From the NCBI GenBank assembly GCA_029945725.1, contig JAQSDB010000008.1, positions 446,710 to 510,709 of the forward strand: a stretch of 64,000 nucleotides of DNA. Reading direction: 5' to 3'. Within the stretch, counting starts at the first letter, position 1, and the number at the start of each line of letters is the position of its first letter. Origin of the DNA: a bacterium. GTDB taxonomy: Bacteria > Pseudomonadota > Gammaproteobacteria > Pseudomonadales > Moraxellaceae. Positions 48,531 through 58,050 of the stretch are shown here, piece by piece. The notes under the pieces are model-generated. The model worked only from the letters and a program-made list of their open reading frames with translations, was not told where the DNA came from and searched no databases. The position numbers and the translations under genes are program-made.

Positions 48531-50153
48531 TCAGGCATTATCCTCAAGCACACAGGTGGCAGCTTTCTCGCCAATCATCATGCAGGCAGCGTTGGTATTG
48601 CCACTGATCAACAGCGGCATGACGGAAGCATCAGCGACACGCAACCCGGATACTCCTCTGACCCGCAAACGGCTGTCCACCACAGCCAGCTCGTCCTCGC
48701 CCATGCGGCAGGTTCCCACCGGATGGTAGATGGATTCCGCACGCTGGCATATATCCGCGTCAATCTGCTCATCGGTCACCACTTCCGTGGCAGGCAGGTC
48801 ATCGCCGCCAAAGATAGAAGCAAAAGCCTCGGTACGGAACACTCTGCGAGCCAACTTCACACCCTCCCGTAACACCCGGATGTCATCACTATCGGAAAAA
48901 TAACAGGGGTCAATCAAGGGCGCACTGCGCGGATCACTATCGGACAGGCGGACGAAGCCCCTGCTCTTCGGCCGCAACTGACACACATGGATGGTACAAC
49001 CGAAACCCGACGTCAACTCCCTGCCATGATCACGCAGGAAAGTCGGCAGGAAATGCAGTTGAACGTCCGGGCGATCACCTCCCCCGACATTGAAAAAAGC
49101 CCCGGCTTCAGCGGCATTGCTGGCAAGAAGCCCCCGCCGATGGCGAAAGTAATCATAGAAGGCACGTATCAACCGCGGCAGAAAGTATGGCGAGAAACCA
49201 ATAGCCTGTCTGCTACTGTCATGAATCGAAACCGTCATATCCAGGTGATCCTGAAGGTTTTGACCAACCGCCGGAAGGTGAATATGGCAAGCAACCCCGA
49301 CGCTTTTCAAATGATCACGATCTCCTATACCGGAGAGCATCAGCAACTGGGGTGAATTGATCGCGCCACCGCAAAGAATCACTTCACGATTGGCAGTTAG
49401 TACACAGGTTATACCCTGCTGATCAATGTACTCGACTCCCTTGGCCCGGTCGCCACTTAGCAGAACCCGGGTGACCAGCGTATCAGTCATGATGCAGAGG
49501 TTTTCCCGGCCCTTCGCAGGATCGAGAAACGCTCGCGCCGCACTCCAGCGCCGTCCTTCCTTCTGTGTTACCTGAAAACGGCCAAACCCGCGCTGATTTT
49601 CACCATTGAAATCATCATTCCGCGGCTCACCTAGCTCCTGACCAGCACGAATGAAAAGCTCGGTCAACGTGTTGGGGTCCTGTACTCGAGTAACGTTCAG
49701 TGGACCGCCCCGACCATGCCAGGCATCTACCGGATACTGCTCGTTATTTTCATGGGCAGTAAATATCGGCCGCACATCCTCCCAGCCCCAGCCCTTTGCC
49801 CCCGCATCTTCCCAGCTTTCGTAATCGTGATGTTGCCCGCGGATATACACCATGGCATTGATCGAACTGCTACCGCCGAGGGTTTTCCCTCTTGGCCAGT
49901 AAAGTCGTCGCTCAAGCAGGGCTTTCTGGGGAGCGGTATTATAGCCCCAGTTACGCTTACCCTCCTTGATTAGCCCGATCAGCCCGAACGGGATATTGAC
50001 AAAGCCACTGTTATCATGGGGCCCGGCTTCAATCACGCAAACGGTATAACGGCCACCTTCACTAAGCCTGTTTGCCAGCACACAGCCCGCCGAGCCAGCA
50101 CCTACAATGATGAAGTCAAATTCACGATTATTCACCCTGATGCACCTCGTCAA
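48531..50153 (-). CDS. GMC-family oxidoreductase, paralogue 2
   Basis: [18 protein letters not shown] and GMC signatures. Its start overlaps the upstream acyl-CoA dehydrogenase stop by 26 nt. Confidence 0.9.
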   Translation of the reverse strand: MTRCIRVNNREFDFIIVGAGSAGCVLANRLSEGGRYTVCVIEAGPHDNSGFVNIPFGLIGLIKEGKRNWGYNTAPQKALLERRLYWPRGKTLGGSSSINAMVYIRGQHHDYESWEDAGAKGWGWEDVRPIFTAHENNEQYPVDAWHGRGGPLNVTRVQDPNTLTELFIRAGQELGEPRNDDFNGENQRGFGRFQVTQKEGRRWSAARAFLDPAKGRENLCIMTDTLVTRVLLSGDRAKGVEYIDQQGITCVLTANREVILCGGAINSPQLLMLSGIGDRDHLKSVGVACHIHLPAVGQNLQDHLDMTVSIHDSSRQAIGFSPYFLPRLIRAFYDYFRHRRGLLASNAAEAGAFFNVGGGDRPDVQLHFLPTFLRDHGRELTSGFGCTIHVCQLRPKSRGFVRLSDSDPRSAPLIDPCYFSDSDDIRVLREGVKLARRVFRTEAFASIFGGDDLPATEVVTDEQIDADICQRAESIYHPVGTCRMGEDELAVVDSRLRVRGVSGLRVADASVMPLLISGNTNAACMMIGEKAATCVLEDNA

Positions 50154-51243
50154 GCCGGGAAAAACTCTTTATATGGTGAGCACGGTCACCATGGGTCAAT
50201 GAGCAGTGGGTGATCAGACGAAAGTAGTGGCCGATATCAAGCTCTTCGGTAACGCCAATCCCGCCATGAATCTGGATCGCCTGCTGCGCGATGCGTACCG
50301 CCTTGTCCGCATAATAGGCTTTCGCGGCCGTACTGGCGCGCTCACGCTGGGAGACATCTTCGGACTCCGCCTTGACGGCCGCCATAAACAGCATTGACTC
50401 GAGCTGCTGGAGATCGATGAACATATCCACCAGGTAGTGCTGAATTATCTGAAAGCTACCGATGGCTACACCAAACTGCTTTCGCGTTTTGGCATATTCC
50501 AGGGTGCGCCGGTACAGCGCGCCAGCGGCGCCATACATCCGCGCGCAGTCGAGCACGCGCAGATAAGCCAGCAACCTGCTCAGCGCTTGCTCGGCTTTCT
50601 CACCACAGGCGAGTATCATCCCGTCTGTAATATCGACATCATCAAACAGGACGTTAGCGATACGACCTCCATCCAGAGCCCGATAACGAATCGTCTCGCA
50701 AATACCAAGCGGCACAGCGAGCACAACAAGCTCGCCATCGGCAAGTGCAGTCGCCAGTAGCGTATCGGCAATACCACCATCCGGAACAAAGTTTTTCTGA
50801 CCTGACAGGCGTCTTCCATTAAGCTTCATGGAAGGCGTTAACACCTGATAACCGGCGTGAACGTCGTACAGTGCACAGGCAAGCTTCACCCGTCCCTCGA
50901 TGACGTCGCTCAACATGGCCAAGGTCGCATCGGAGCCGACGTATTCGAGCAGCTTGCCAGGAGCTACCACCGTATCAACGTAGGGATCCAGACATAACGC
51001 GGCGCCCAGTTCCCTGACAACCATCGCCACATCAAGGAGCGTACCACCGAACCCACCGCCGGATTCAGCGAAGGGCAGACCGAACCAGCCCAGCTCCTGC
51101 ATTGCTGACCAGCTTGACGCGCCGAAAGGGTCCTGTTGCTCGATTTGCTTCCTATAGATATCAAAGCTGTAGTTATCCTTAAGATACCGGCTGGCGGTAT
51201 CCGCGATAAGGGTTGTATTTTCCTGGAGGTTGAATTCCATCAT
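50128..51243 (-). CDS. acyl-CoA dehydrogenase family protein (371 aa)
   Basis: ACAD-like C-terminal helices ([14 protein letters not shown] ..., [11 protein letters not shown]). Confidence 0.8.
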   Translation of the reverse strand: MMEFNLQENTTLIADTASRYLKDNYSFDIYRKQIEQQDPFGASSWSAMQELGWFGLPFAESGGGFGGTLLDVAMVVRELGAALCLDPYVDTVVAPGKLLEYVGSDATLAMLSDVIEGRVKLACALYDVHAGYQVLTPSMKLNGRRLSGQKNFVPDGGIADTLLATALADGELVVLAVPLGICETIRYRALDGGRIANVLFDDVDITDGMILACGEKAEQALSRLLAYLRVLDCARMYGAAGALYRRTLEYAKTRKQFGVAIGSFQIIQHYLVDMFIDLQQLESMLFMAAVKAESEDVSQRERASTAAKAYYADKAVRIAQQAIQIHGGIGVTEELDIGHYFRLITHCSLTHGDRAHHIKSFSRLDEVHQGE

Positions 51244-51249
51244 CTCACC

Positions 51250-52410
51250 TCAAAGGCCAAGCAGCATTTTGGCCAGCACATTCTTCTGGATCTCGTTGGA
51301 TCCACCGTAAATGGTGCAGGCACGGAGAAAGTTGTAACGTCGCGTGGCGCGATTGAAAATATCACTGCCAATTGTTTCCGGGTTGTCCCAGGTTAACGAC
51401 ATCATGCCGCCCAACTCCACCATGGCCTGCGACACTTTTTGCTGAAGCTCGGTCCCCTTTATTTTCAACCCGGATGATTCCGGCCCTAGGGGCCTGCCCT
51501 CATCAGTCGCGGCAACGGTACGGAAGTTAGTGTACTCCAGCGCCATCAATTCGATTTCAAGCTCGGCGATACGAAGCCGAGCCTGACTTTTGTCCAGAAA
51601 GCCCGGCGATTCCTCCACAGCGTTCTTCAGTCGTGATATCTCGTGATGACTATCCGCTACGCCGGCGATGGTGGTACGCTCGTGCGTCAGCAGGAACTTG
51701 GCAATAGTCCATCCCATGCCCTCCTGACCCACCAGATTTTCGAGCGGCACCCGCACATCAGTGAAATAAACCTCGTTAAGATGATGATGGCCGTCAATCG
51801 AGTAGATCGGCCGCACCTCGATGCCAGGTGTTTTCATATCAATCAGCAGAAAAGAAATTCCGTTCTGCTGCTTGACCGTAGGGTCGGTTCTGACCAAACA
51901 AAACATCATGTCCGCCCAGTGGGCCTGCGTCGTCCAGATCTTCTGGCCATTCACTAGATAATGGTCATCCTTGCGCTCGGCACGAGTCTTCAGGGACGCC
52001 AGATCCGAACCGGCATTGGGCTCGGAGTAACCCTGACACCAGAGGGTTTCACCACTGACGATACCTGGCAGCCAGCGATCTTTTTGCTCCTGAGAGCCAA
52101 AGTTATAAAGCACCGGCCCGACCATCGCCACGCCGAACGGACTTGTCGGGGGGGCGCCTGCCATGGCTCGCTCCAGATCAAAAATATAACGCTGAGTCGC
52201 CGTCCAGCCTGGCCCACCATACTGTTTCGGCCACGTCAGTACCAGCCAGCCCTGCTTGCCGAGCAAACGCTCCCACTTTTGCTGTAGCTCCTTATCGGGC
52301 ATTTCACCAAGCGCCGAGCAGCGCTTGATATCGTCCCGCACATTCGCCTTCATCCAGTCACGAATGGATTGCTGAAACTCCAGCTCTTCCCGAGTGAACT
52401 CCAGATTCAC
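51250..52410 (-). CDS. acyl-CoA dehydrogenase (386 aa)
   Basis: ACAD motifs (WCQGYSEPNAGSD, IYGGSNEIQKN). Confidence 0.85.
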   Translation of the reverse strand: MNLEFTREELEFQQSIRDWMKANVRDDIKRCSALGEMPDKELQQKWERLLGKQGWLVLTWPKQYGGPGWTATQRYIFDLERAMAGAPPTSPFGVAMVGPVLYNFGSQEQKDRWLPGIVSGETLWCQGYSEPNAGSDLASLKTRAERKDDHYLVNGQKIWTTQAHWADMMFCLVRTDPTVKQQNGISFLLIDMKTPGIEVRPIYSIDGHHHLNEVYFTDVRVPLENLVGQEGMGWTIAKFLLTHERTTIAGVADSHHEISRLKNAVEESPGFLDKSQARLRIAELEIELMALEYTNFRTVAATDEGRPLGPESSGLKIKGTELQQKVSQAMVELGGMMSLTWDNPETIGSDIFNRATRRYNFLRACTIYGGSNEIQKNVLAKMLLGL

Positions 52411-52457
52411 GGTTTATCACCTCTTGCTTGCCATCGAGCGCCGTTTTCAAAAGTCAT

Positions 52458-54008
52458 TCAGTTGACCCCACGGCCTTTGTTTTCCCAATAAGGCCTCCTC
52501 AGTTCGTTCTTGAGAATCTTGCCGGCACCACTTACCGGCAGCGGCTCGCGACGAAACTCGATGCTGCGCGGCAACTTGTAACCGGCAATCAGCGCACGGC
52601 AATGAGCCAGCAGCTCGCCTTGATTGAGACCATGCCCTTCCTTTAGCACGACAATCGCATGGACCATTTCACCCCACTCGTTGTGGGGAATCCCCACAAC
52701 CGCACATTCCTGCACCGCGGGATGTCCGTAGATCGCACCCTCCACCTCAACCGAGAAAATATTCTCTCCGCCACTGATGATCATGTCCTTGGCACGATCA
52801 ACGATAAAAACAAACCCGTCTTTATCCATATAGCCGAGATCACCGGTATGCAGCCAGCCATTGCGCAACGTATCGGCAGAGGCCTGTTTCATCCCCCAAT
52901 AGCCCAGCATCACGTTCGGACCTCTGGCGCATATCTCACCGACCTCACCACGCGGCAGCTCGACATCATCCTTGTCCATAATGGCAACTTCGACGCCCAG
53001 TGCTGCCCTGCCAGCACTGCGTAGCTTGGCGCCGCCCGGCACATGAAACTCCGGCGCCAGCGCAGTAATAATCGGCGACGCCTCTGTCTGCCCATACCCT
53101 TGAGCAAAACGAGCATCTGGCATCTGCTCCATGGCAATGATCAACACTGCTTCAGGCATCGGCGATGCACCATAAAGCATTCGCCTGACGCTGCTGACAT
53201 CAAAATTGCTTATCTTTCCAGAAGACACCAGCAGGTTGATCATGGTTGGCACGAGCAATGTATGGGTGATTTTTTCACGCTCAATGAACGACAGCACATC
53301 ACCCACATCAAAACGCGGCACAATACCATGGGTGCCACCAGCCATGGTTACGGCAAAGGTACTTGCCATGTCGGCCAGATGGAACATCGGCGCTGCATGC
53401 ATATAGATGGTGTCAGATCCGTAATCCATTTCCGGGACAACGTTCAGGGCATTAAACACAATATTGTCGTGACTCAGCATAACGCCCTTTGATCGCCCGG
53501 TCGTGCCGCCGGTATAGAACAGGCCGGCAAGCTGCGCACCACCTTCGCTCTTATCGGCCATGGGTTTGTTCTGGCCGATAAGCGACTCATAAGCGATACA
53601 ACCCTCCGGCAAGTCACCTTCACCCATGAACACCACATGACTAACGCTTTCCATCAATGGTCGCAGGATCGGCAGCATCGCACTGAACGCATCATCAACG
53701 AACAGAACCGATGACTGGGAGTCATTTATCGCATAGGCAATCTCAGGCGGTGCCAGTCTGATATTAATTGGGTTGAGCACCATCCCTGCCCAAGGTATGG
53801 CAAAGAAATATTCCAGGTAACGATCGCTATTGAGTGAAAGAATTGCTATACGATCGCCATCAGCAACTCGCAGTGAGCGAACGCCGGCTGCCAGACGAGC
53901 CACCCGTTTCTCAAACTCATACCAGCTTTGCTTCCTGTTCGCGTAGATTGTGGCCACACCATTCGGGTTCAGCTGGGCCGCCCGACGCAGTACCTGGGAA
54001 ATGAACAT
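52458..54008 (-). CDS. AMP-dependent acyl-CoA synthetase/ligase
   Basis: AMP-binding motif LFYTGGTTGRSKGVMLSH, GYGQTE, GWLHTGDLG. Confidence 0.9.
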   Translation of the reverse strand: MFISQVLRRAAQLNPNGVATIYANRKQSWYEFEKRVARLAAGVRSLRVADGDRIAILSLNSDRYLEYFFAIPWAGMVLNPINIRLAPPEIAYAINDSQSSVLFVDDAFSAMLPILRPLMESVSHVVFMGEGDLPEGCIAYESLIGQNKPMADKSEGGAQLAGLFYTGGTTGRSKGVMLSHDNIVFNALNVVPEMDYGSDTIYMHAAPMFHLADMASTFAVTMAGGTHGIVPRFDVGDVLSFIEREKITHTLLVPTMINLLVSSGKISNFDVSSVRRMLYGASPMPEAVLIIAMEQMPDARFAQGYGQTEASPIITALAPEFHVPGGAKLRSAGRAALGVEVAIMDKDDVELPRGEVGEICARGPNVMLGYWGMKQASADTLRNGWLHTGDLGYMDKDGFVFIVDRAKDMIISGGENIFSVEVEGAIYGHPAVQECAVVGIPHNEWGEMVHAIVVLKEGHGLNQGELLAHCRALIAGYKLPRSIEFRREPLPVSGAGKILKNELRRPYWENKGRGVN

Positions 54009-54054
54009 ATCAACCTCCTTGACAGCCTGAAGATGTCAGATAAATCAAACGTCC

Positions 54055-54507
54055 TCAGCGTGCGTAGATAAAACGCCCCATCGATACATGAGTCGTATCC
54101 AGAAAAATATCGACAGAGACGACAATAAAACGCCGGCCCGCACGCACGATCTGCGGCACAGCACGAATCGTTCCGGCAAAGGCCGGTCGCAGATAATCAA
54201 ACGTCAAGCTGGTACACAATGGCTGCTGCTGCATCCCGGTCTCTTCCACCACATGCAAGGAGGCAGCGACTTCGCCAAAACTCGCAAGAATACCGCCATG
54301 AAAAGTGCGTAGAAGCGGGTTGCCAATATGCTCTTCGCGGAAACACAATTGATAACAGACAGTGCCGTCATCTTCGCGGCTGACCCCAAGACCTAGGAAA
54401 TGCACATAGGGTGTGTCATCAAGAACTTGCTTCTGCAGTTCACTCAACCCGGTACATTCGGTTGCTCGTGGCTCGGCTCCATACGCGGTCACTTTATTCA
54501 GCTCCAT
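54055..54507 (-). CDS. PaaI-family thioesterase
   Basis: Hotdog-fold size and pattern (FHGGILASFGE). Confidence 0.7.
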   Translation of the reverse strand: MELNKVTAYGAEPRATECTGLSELQKQVLDDTPYVHFLGLGVSREDDGTVCYQLCFREEHIGNPLLRTFHGGILASFGEVAASLHVVEETGMQQQPLCTSLTFDYLRPAFAGTIRAVPQIVRAGRRFIVVSVDIFLDTTHVSMGRFIYAR

Positions 54508-54970
54508 TCGTCACAGCCGTATCAAACGCCGGGCCGCGTGTCCCGACAGCGAAAGACCCCGATACTGAAGCCAACAGCGAATCATCTGAACAAACAACCG
54601 CCTTCCCCTTTACATAGGCAATATCGCCCTGCACCGCATAACACTCCACTTCGGCACGCACATCCTCACCCGGAAGTGCTTCCCTGATGAAATCCACACG
54701 CAGATCAATCGTTGCAATCGGTCGCATATCCCCCAGACGAGAAAATATGGCAAGACCGCAAGTGGTATCGAGCAAGGTAACCACAACGCCACGATGTAGC
54801 CCCCCGTTGCGATCAGATAGCGCTACACGACAAGGCATCCTCATAACGGCACGACCCTTGCCAATCTCTTCAACATCAATTCCGAACGCGTTGAATAACG
54901 GATGTGAGGTACCGAAGAACGTTTTAGCCATGGTCAAGTAGCGGTTTGCGGCCTCAGATTGGGCAATCAT
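54494..54970 (-). CDS. PaaI-family thioesterase
   Basis: Hotdog-fold pattern (NGGLHRGVVVTLLDT). 14-nt overlap with the next gene. Confidence 0.7.
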   Translation of the reverse strand: MIAQSEAANRYLTMAKTFFGTSHPLFNAFGIDVEEIGKGRAVMRMPCRVALSDRNGGLHRGVVVTLLDTTCGLAIFSRLGDMRPIATIDLRVDFIREALPGEDVRAEVECYAVQGDIAYVKGKAVVCSDDSLLASVSGSFAVGTRGPAFDTAVTNGAE

Positions 54971-55037
54971 TTCTCCCCCCTCATCAAATGCAAAATAGCC
55001 CAGGCCGCCAACATGGCAGCTAACTGAAGCATACGCG

Positions 55038-56060
55038 TTACAGTCTGCTTATTACCTGGTGAACATACTGCGACTCCAGTGTCCTGACATGACGAATGGC
55101 ACCCTCAATTTCACGAATGGGAAACAAATCCGACTCCGACGCCATCTTGAGTAATGCTGCCAGACCTGACCAGGCCGCAGCTGAGCGCTGCATCAGCTCC
55201 ACCAGTTTCGCAGCCCGCACGGCTGGCAGCATCTCGCCAGCCTCGAGCAGAAACTCGGCATACATCGTCCTGAAACCACCGCCACCGGTACCACGCTTTT
55301 CAATCACCTGATAAGCAAAGCGCAACAACCAGCGCCAGTTGTCATTTGCTTGCCACTGAGGCAACGATGCGATCCAGGTATCCAGTGCGGCCAGACCGCT
55401 ATACGGCCCTCCGTTTGCGAGTGCACGGGCATTATCAATAATGGCGCCCCCCACCCGCTCCGCACTGACTTCCACCTTCAACGACTGCGGGGCAAACAGG
55501 TTTCCGTAATGAATAAATGGCGGCGAGCCTGAAAAGCGTGCATCAGCAAGATTGGTTGCCGGCACGGGGATCAATCCGGGACGCTCTGTATCACTGACCA
55601 ACACTTCGTCACGTGCTTCATCCAGCTGCCATGCGACAATGGCATGACCCGGAAAATGGGTTTTACTGCCGAAATAGGGCAAGTGGTAAATGTCGGTGAG
55701 CAGCAATGCAGGCACGCCATCACGCAACGCCTGATGCAAGTCATTTGTTGCCGCGCCCTTATCCGGATAGCTTGACCATGCAAACGGCACACTCAGTGTG
55801 TGAAAGACTTTTTCCTCAAAGCCCATTGAACGCACATGAACAATGAATGGAGTGGCGGAACCAGGAATCTCCACGTAGGTGACACCCAGCCCGGCACCCA
55901 GCCCGAAGCAAAATGCCTCGGACATCTCAACTCCATGAAACTCCAGCAGATCGCGTATCGCCGAGCTGCCGCAATGGACACCAGTCCTGTGGCAGTGCTG
56001 CCTTACCGGCGCAGCACTGCTGACGTCAGACTCCATCTCTGCGTCGGTCACCTTCATCAA
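55038..56060 (-). CDS. BtrH_N-like / DUF4872-like protein (papain-like fold family)
   Basis: The N-terminus HCGSSAIRDLLEFHGVEMSEAFCFGLGAGLG matches the BtrH N-terminal domain pattern as I remember it. ATGA overlap with the upstream gene. Confidence 0.6.
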   Translation of the reverse strand: MMKVTDAEMESDVSSAAPVRQHCHRTGVHCGSSAIRDLLEFHGVEMSEAFCFGLGAGLGVTYVEIPGSATPFIVHVRSMGFEEKVFHTLSVPFAWSSYPDKGAATNDLHQALRDGVPALLLTDIYHLPYFGSKTHFPGHAIVAWQLDEARDEVLVSDTERPGLIPVPATNLADARFSGSPPFIHYGNLFAPQSLKVEVSAERVGGAIIDNARALANGGPYSGLAALDTWIASLPQWQANDNWRWLLRFAYQVIEKRGTGGGGFRTMYAEFLLEAGEMLPAVRAAKLVELMQRSAAAWSGLAALLKMASESDLFPIREIEGAIRHVRTLESQYVHQVISRL

Positions 56061-56938
56061 GCCGCCGCCTCCAGAGGCTTGCCGTCGTAAACAGCAGCAG
56101 AAGCTCGCATCGGATCCCCATGACGACCATACTCATCAAGCCAAGCAGCGACTTTCTCAGGCATCCCGGTTTCCCACGGATGAAAGCCGGGGCGGAACCA
56201 GTCAAGAAACTCTGGCATCATGCGGACAAGAATACCTCGGCGACCATAAAGGCGATTCAAACCGCGCAGTATCACTCCGGGTTGGCGGGTCACGCCATCC
56301 ATCTTCAGCATATTCCAGAACACTGGCGCTACCACCAGATGAATCATCAGGGTGCCGACTACCAAAGCCGATACGCGCGTCACATACCCACCGCCCGCCA
56401 CCGTCTGATAAAGATCGTAAGCCACCGCTTTGTGTTCCACTTCCTCCACTCCATGCCACAGGAACAAGGCACGCATTACCGGATCTGAGTCCCGAAACAT
56501 ATCGGAATCTTCCTTGAGCATGGCCTCGCCCAAGGTCGCGGTGAAGTGCTCAAAGGCCGCAGTCATCGCCAGTTGATATTTTTTCGGAAGGTATTTCTGT
56601 GAGACACGAATAAAACGGCGCAAATTAGCCGTGGCCGTCTCGACATCAACGCCCTGCCCGGCCATCACCTGGTTGAATCTGTCATGAACTATGCCGTGCT
56701 GGCCTTCCTGGCGGATAAAGTGGCGAATATCGTCACGCAAACGCTCATCCCTTACCTGATCCTGAAAGTTGCGAACCGACTGGATAAAGAATCTCTCGCC
56801 CTCAGGAAAATGTACCGATAGCGCATCAAAAAAGCGGGTCAGAACCGGATCACCACCGTTCCAGTGGCGGGGAACGGCCGTAACATCAAAAACAACCTTG
56901 CGAGGCTGGATAGGCGTCATATTCATAATTCTCTCCAT
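56057..56938 (-). CDS. predicted metal-dependent hydrolase (PF10118-like), paralogue 3
   Basis: HFPEGERFFIQSVR ... FIRQEGQHGIVHD ... HGVEEVEHKA. The start is probably ATG 56938 or 56926 (GGAGAG RBS); the track start TTG 57007 lies inside the operator. Confidence 0.75.
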   Translation of the reverse strand: MERIMNMTPIQPRKVVFDVTAVPRHWNGGDPVLTRFFDALSVHFPEGERFFIQSVRNFQDQVRDERLRDDIRHFIRQEGQHGIVHDRFNQVMAGQGVDVETATANLRRFIRVSQKYLPKKYQLAMTAAFEHFTATLGEAMLKEDSDMFRDSDPVMRALFLWHGVEEVEHKAVAYDLYQTVAGGGYVTRVSALVVGTLMIHLVVAPVFWNMLKMDGVTRQPGVILRGLNRLYGRRGILVRMMPEFLDWFRPGFHPWETGMPEKVAAWLDEYGRHGDPMRASAAVYDGKPLEAAA

Positions 56939-56984
56939 TATGGATTCGGGCCCTGAAAGATCTTTTTTCCAGTATGATTTCTGA

Positions 56985-57014
56985 ATCATAATTGGTTGAC
57001 CAACCAAATGTCAA
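56985..57014 (-). promoter_or_regulatory. sigma70-like promoter with embedded palindromic operator
   Basis: Minus strand reads TTGACA (57014-57009), t, TTGGTTGGTCAACCAA (57007-56992), t, TATGAT (56990-56985). The spacer is 18 nt. Confidence 0.65.
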
Positions 57015-57151
57015 TCTGTCTCGCCTGACGCAAACATTCAGGCCATTTCGCAGTCTCACCAACCACTGCGGTTTTTAATGGCCACAAGGTGAATCACCAC
57101 CAATTCTCTAGACGCCTCCCAGCCATAAAAATGGCTATCAGATAGGAGTCT

Positions 57152-57990
57152 ATGAGCGGCAAACGTTATCCCGAAGAGTTCGGGATCGAAGCGATTCGAC
57201 AAGTAATGTACCTAGGACATAGCATTGCCCAATTGACTGACAGACTGGGAGTCGCAACCCATAGCCTGTATGCGTGGGTCAGGAAGTACAGCACTTACAC
57301 TGCTGAGCATCAGGCCAGAACGGATAAGCAGGTGGATATCCGTCGGCCTCAGAAGGAACTCAAGCACGTCACAGAGGAGCGCGACTCCTAAAAAAGCCAT
57401 GGCGGCATATTTCGCCAGTCAGTCCTAGTGAGGCCCGCCTTTATCAAAGAGCACAGCACAAATGGCCACTATCGCCGGCTGTGCTCATTGCTGGAGGTGC
57501 ATCCCAGCGGTTTTTATGCGTACTCGCTGGAACCACGATCTGATCGGTCGAAGCGCGATGATCGTCTCACTGGCTTGAGTCAGGCCGCGTATACGACTAT
57601 CGCAAGATATTCAGTGATCTCCGTGAGCATGGCGAAATTTGTGGCCCGAACCGTGTGTGTCGCCAGATTCGTGGCGCAGGCCTGAAGGCCCAGGTTGGCT
57701 ATCGGCGGCCACGGAATAAGTCAGAAACGGCTCACACAGTGTCACGTAACCGACTGCAGCGGCAGTTCAGCACTGATTCGCCTAACGAGGCATGGTTAAC
57801 TGATATTACGTATATCCCACATGAAGGCTGGCTGTATCTGGCCGTTGTCGTTGATCTGTTTTAATTGTCGGGTCATCTAATGGTCGATGCAGTCACAGAT
57901 CATCAAGGAACTTGCACTTGATGCCTTGCTGATGGTGGTATGGCATGGCGGACTCAAAAACCAAGTGCAACTTGTCGGATCAGTTAGGCA
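57152..57990 (+). mobile_element. decayed IS3-family element (orfA + frame-broken, 3'-truncated orfB)
   Basis: orfA is MSGKRYPEEFGIEAIRQV ... SLYAWVRKY. A6G run at 57390-57396. orfB pieces lie in three different frames (LCSLLEVHPSGFYAY; CRQIRGAGLKAQVGYRRPR; NEAWLTDITYIPHEGWLYLAVVVDLF; SRRVIGWSM). The DDE region is incomplete. Confidence 0.8.
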
Positions 57991-58050
57991 AGTTGCATCG
58001 ATGGAAACATATAGCAGCTTAGCCCTGAAGCGGGTCGCCTCTTGATAACG

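Noticed and set aside
32087-57990. Composite transposon formed by the two IS3-type remnants around the catabolic block.
   Set aside because: The two orfA sequences are clearly different (MYSYEDRIRAV... versus MSGKRYPEEF...), and both are degraded, so they are not two copies of one IS.
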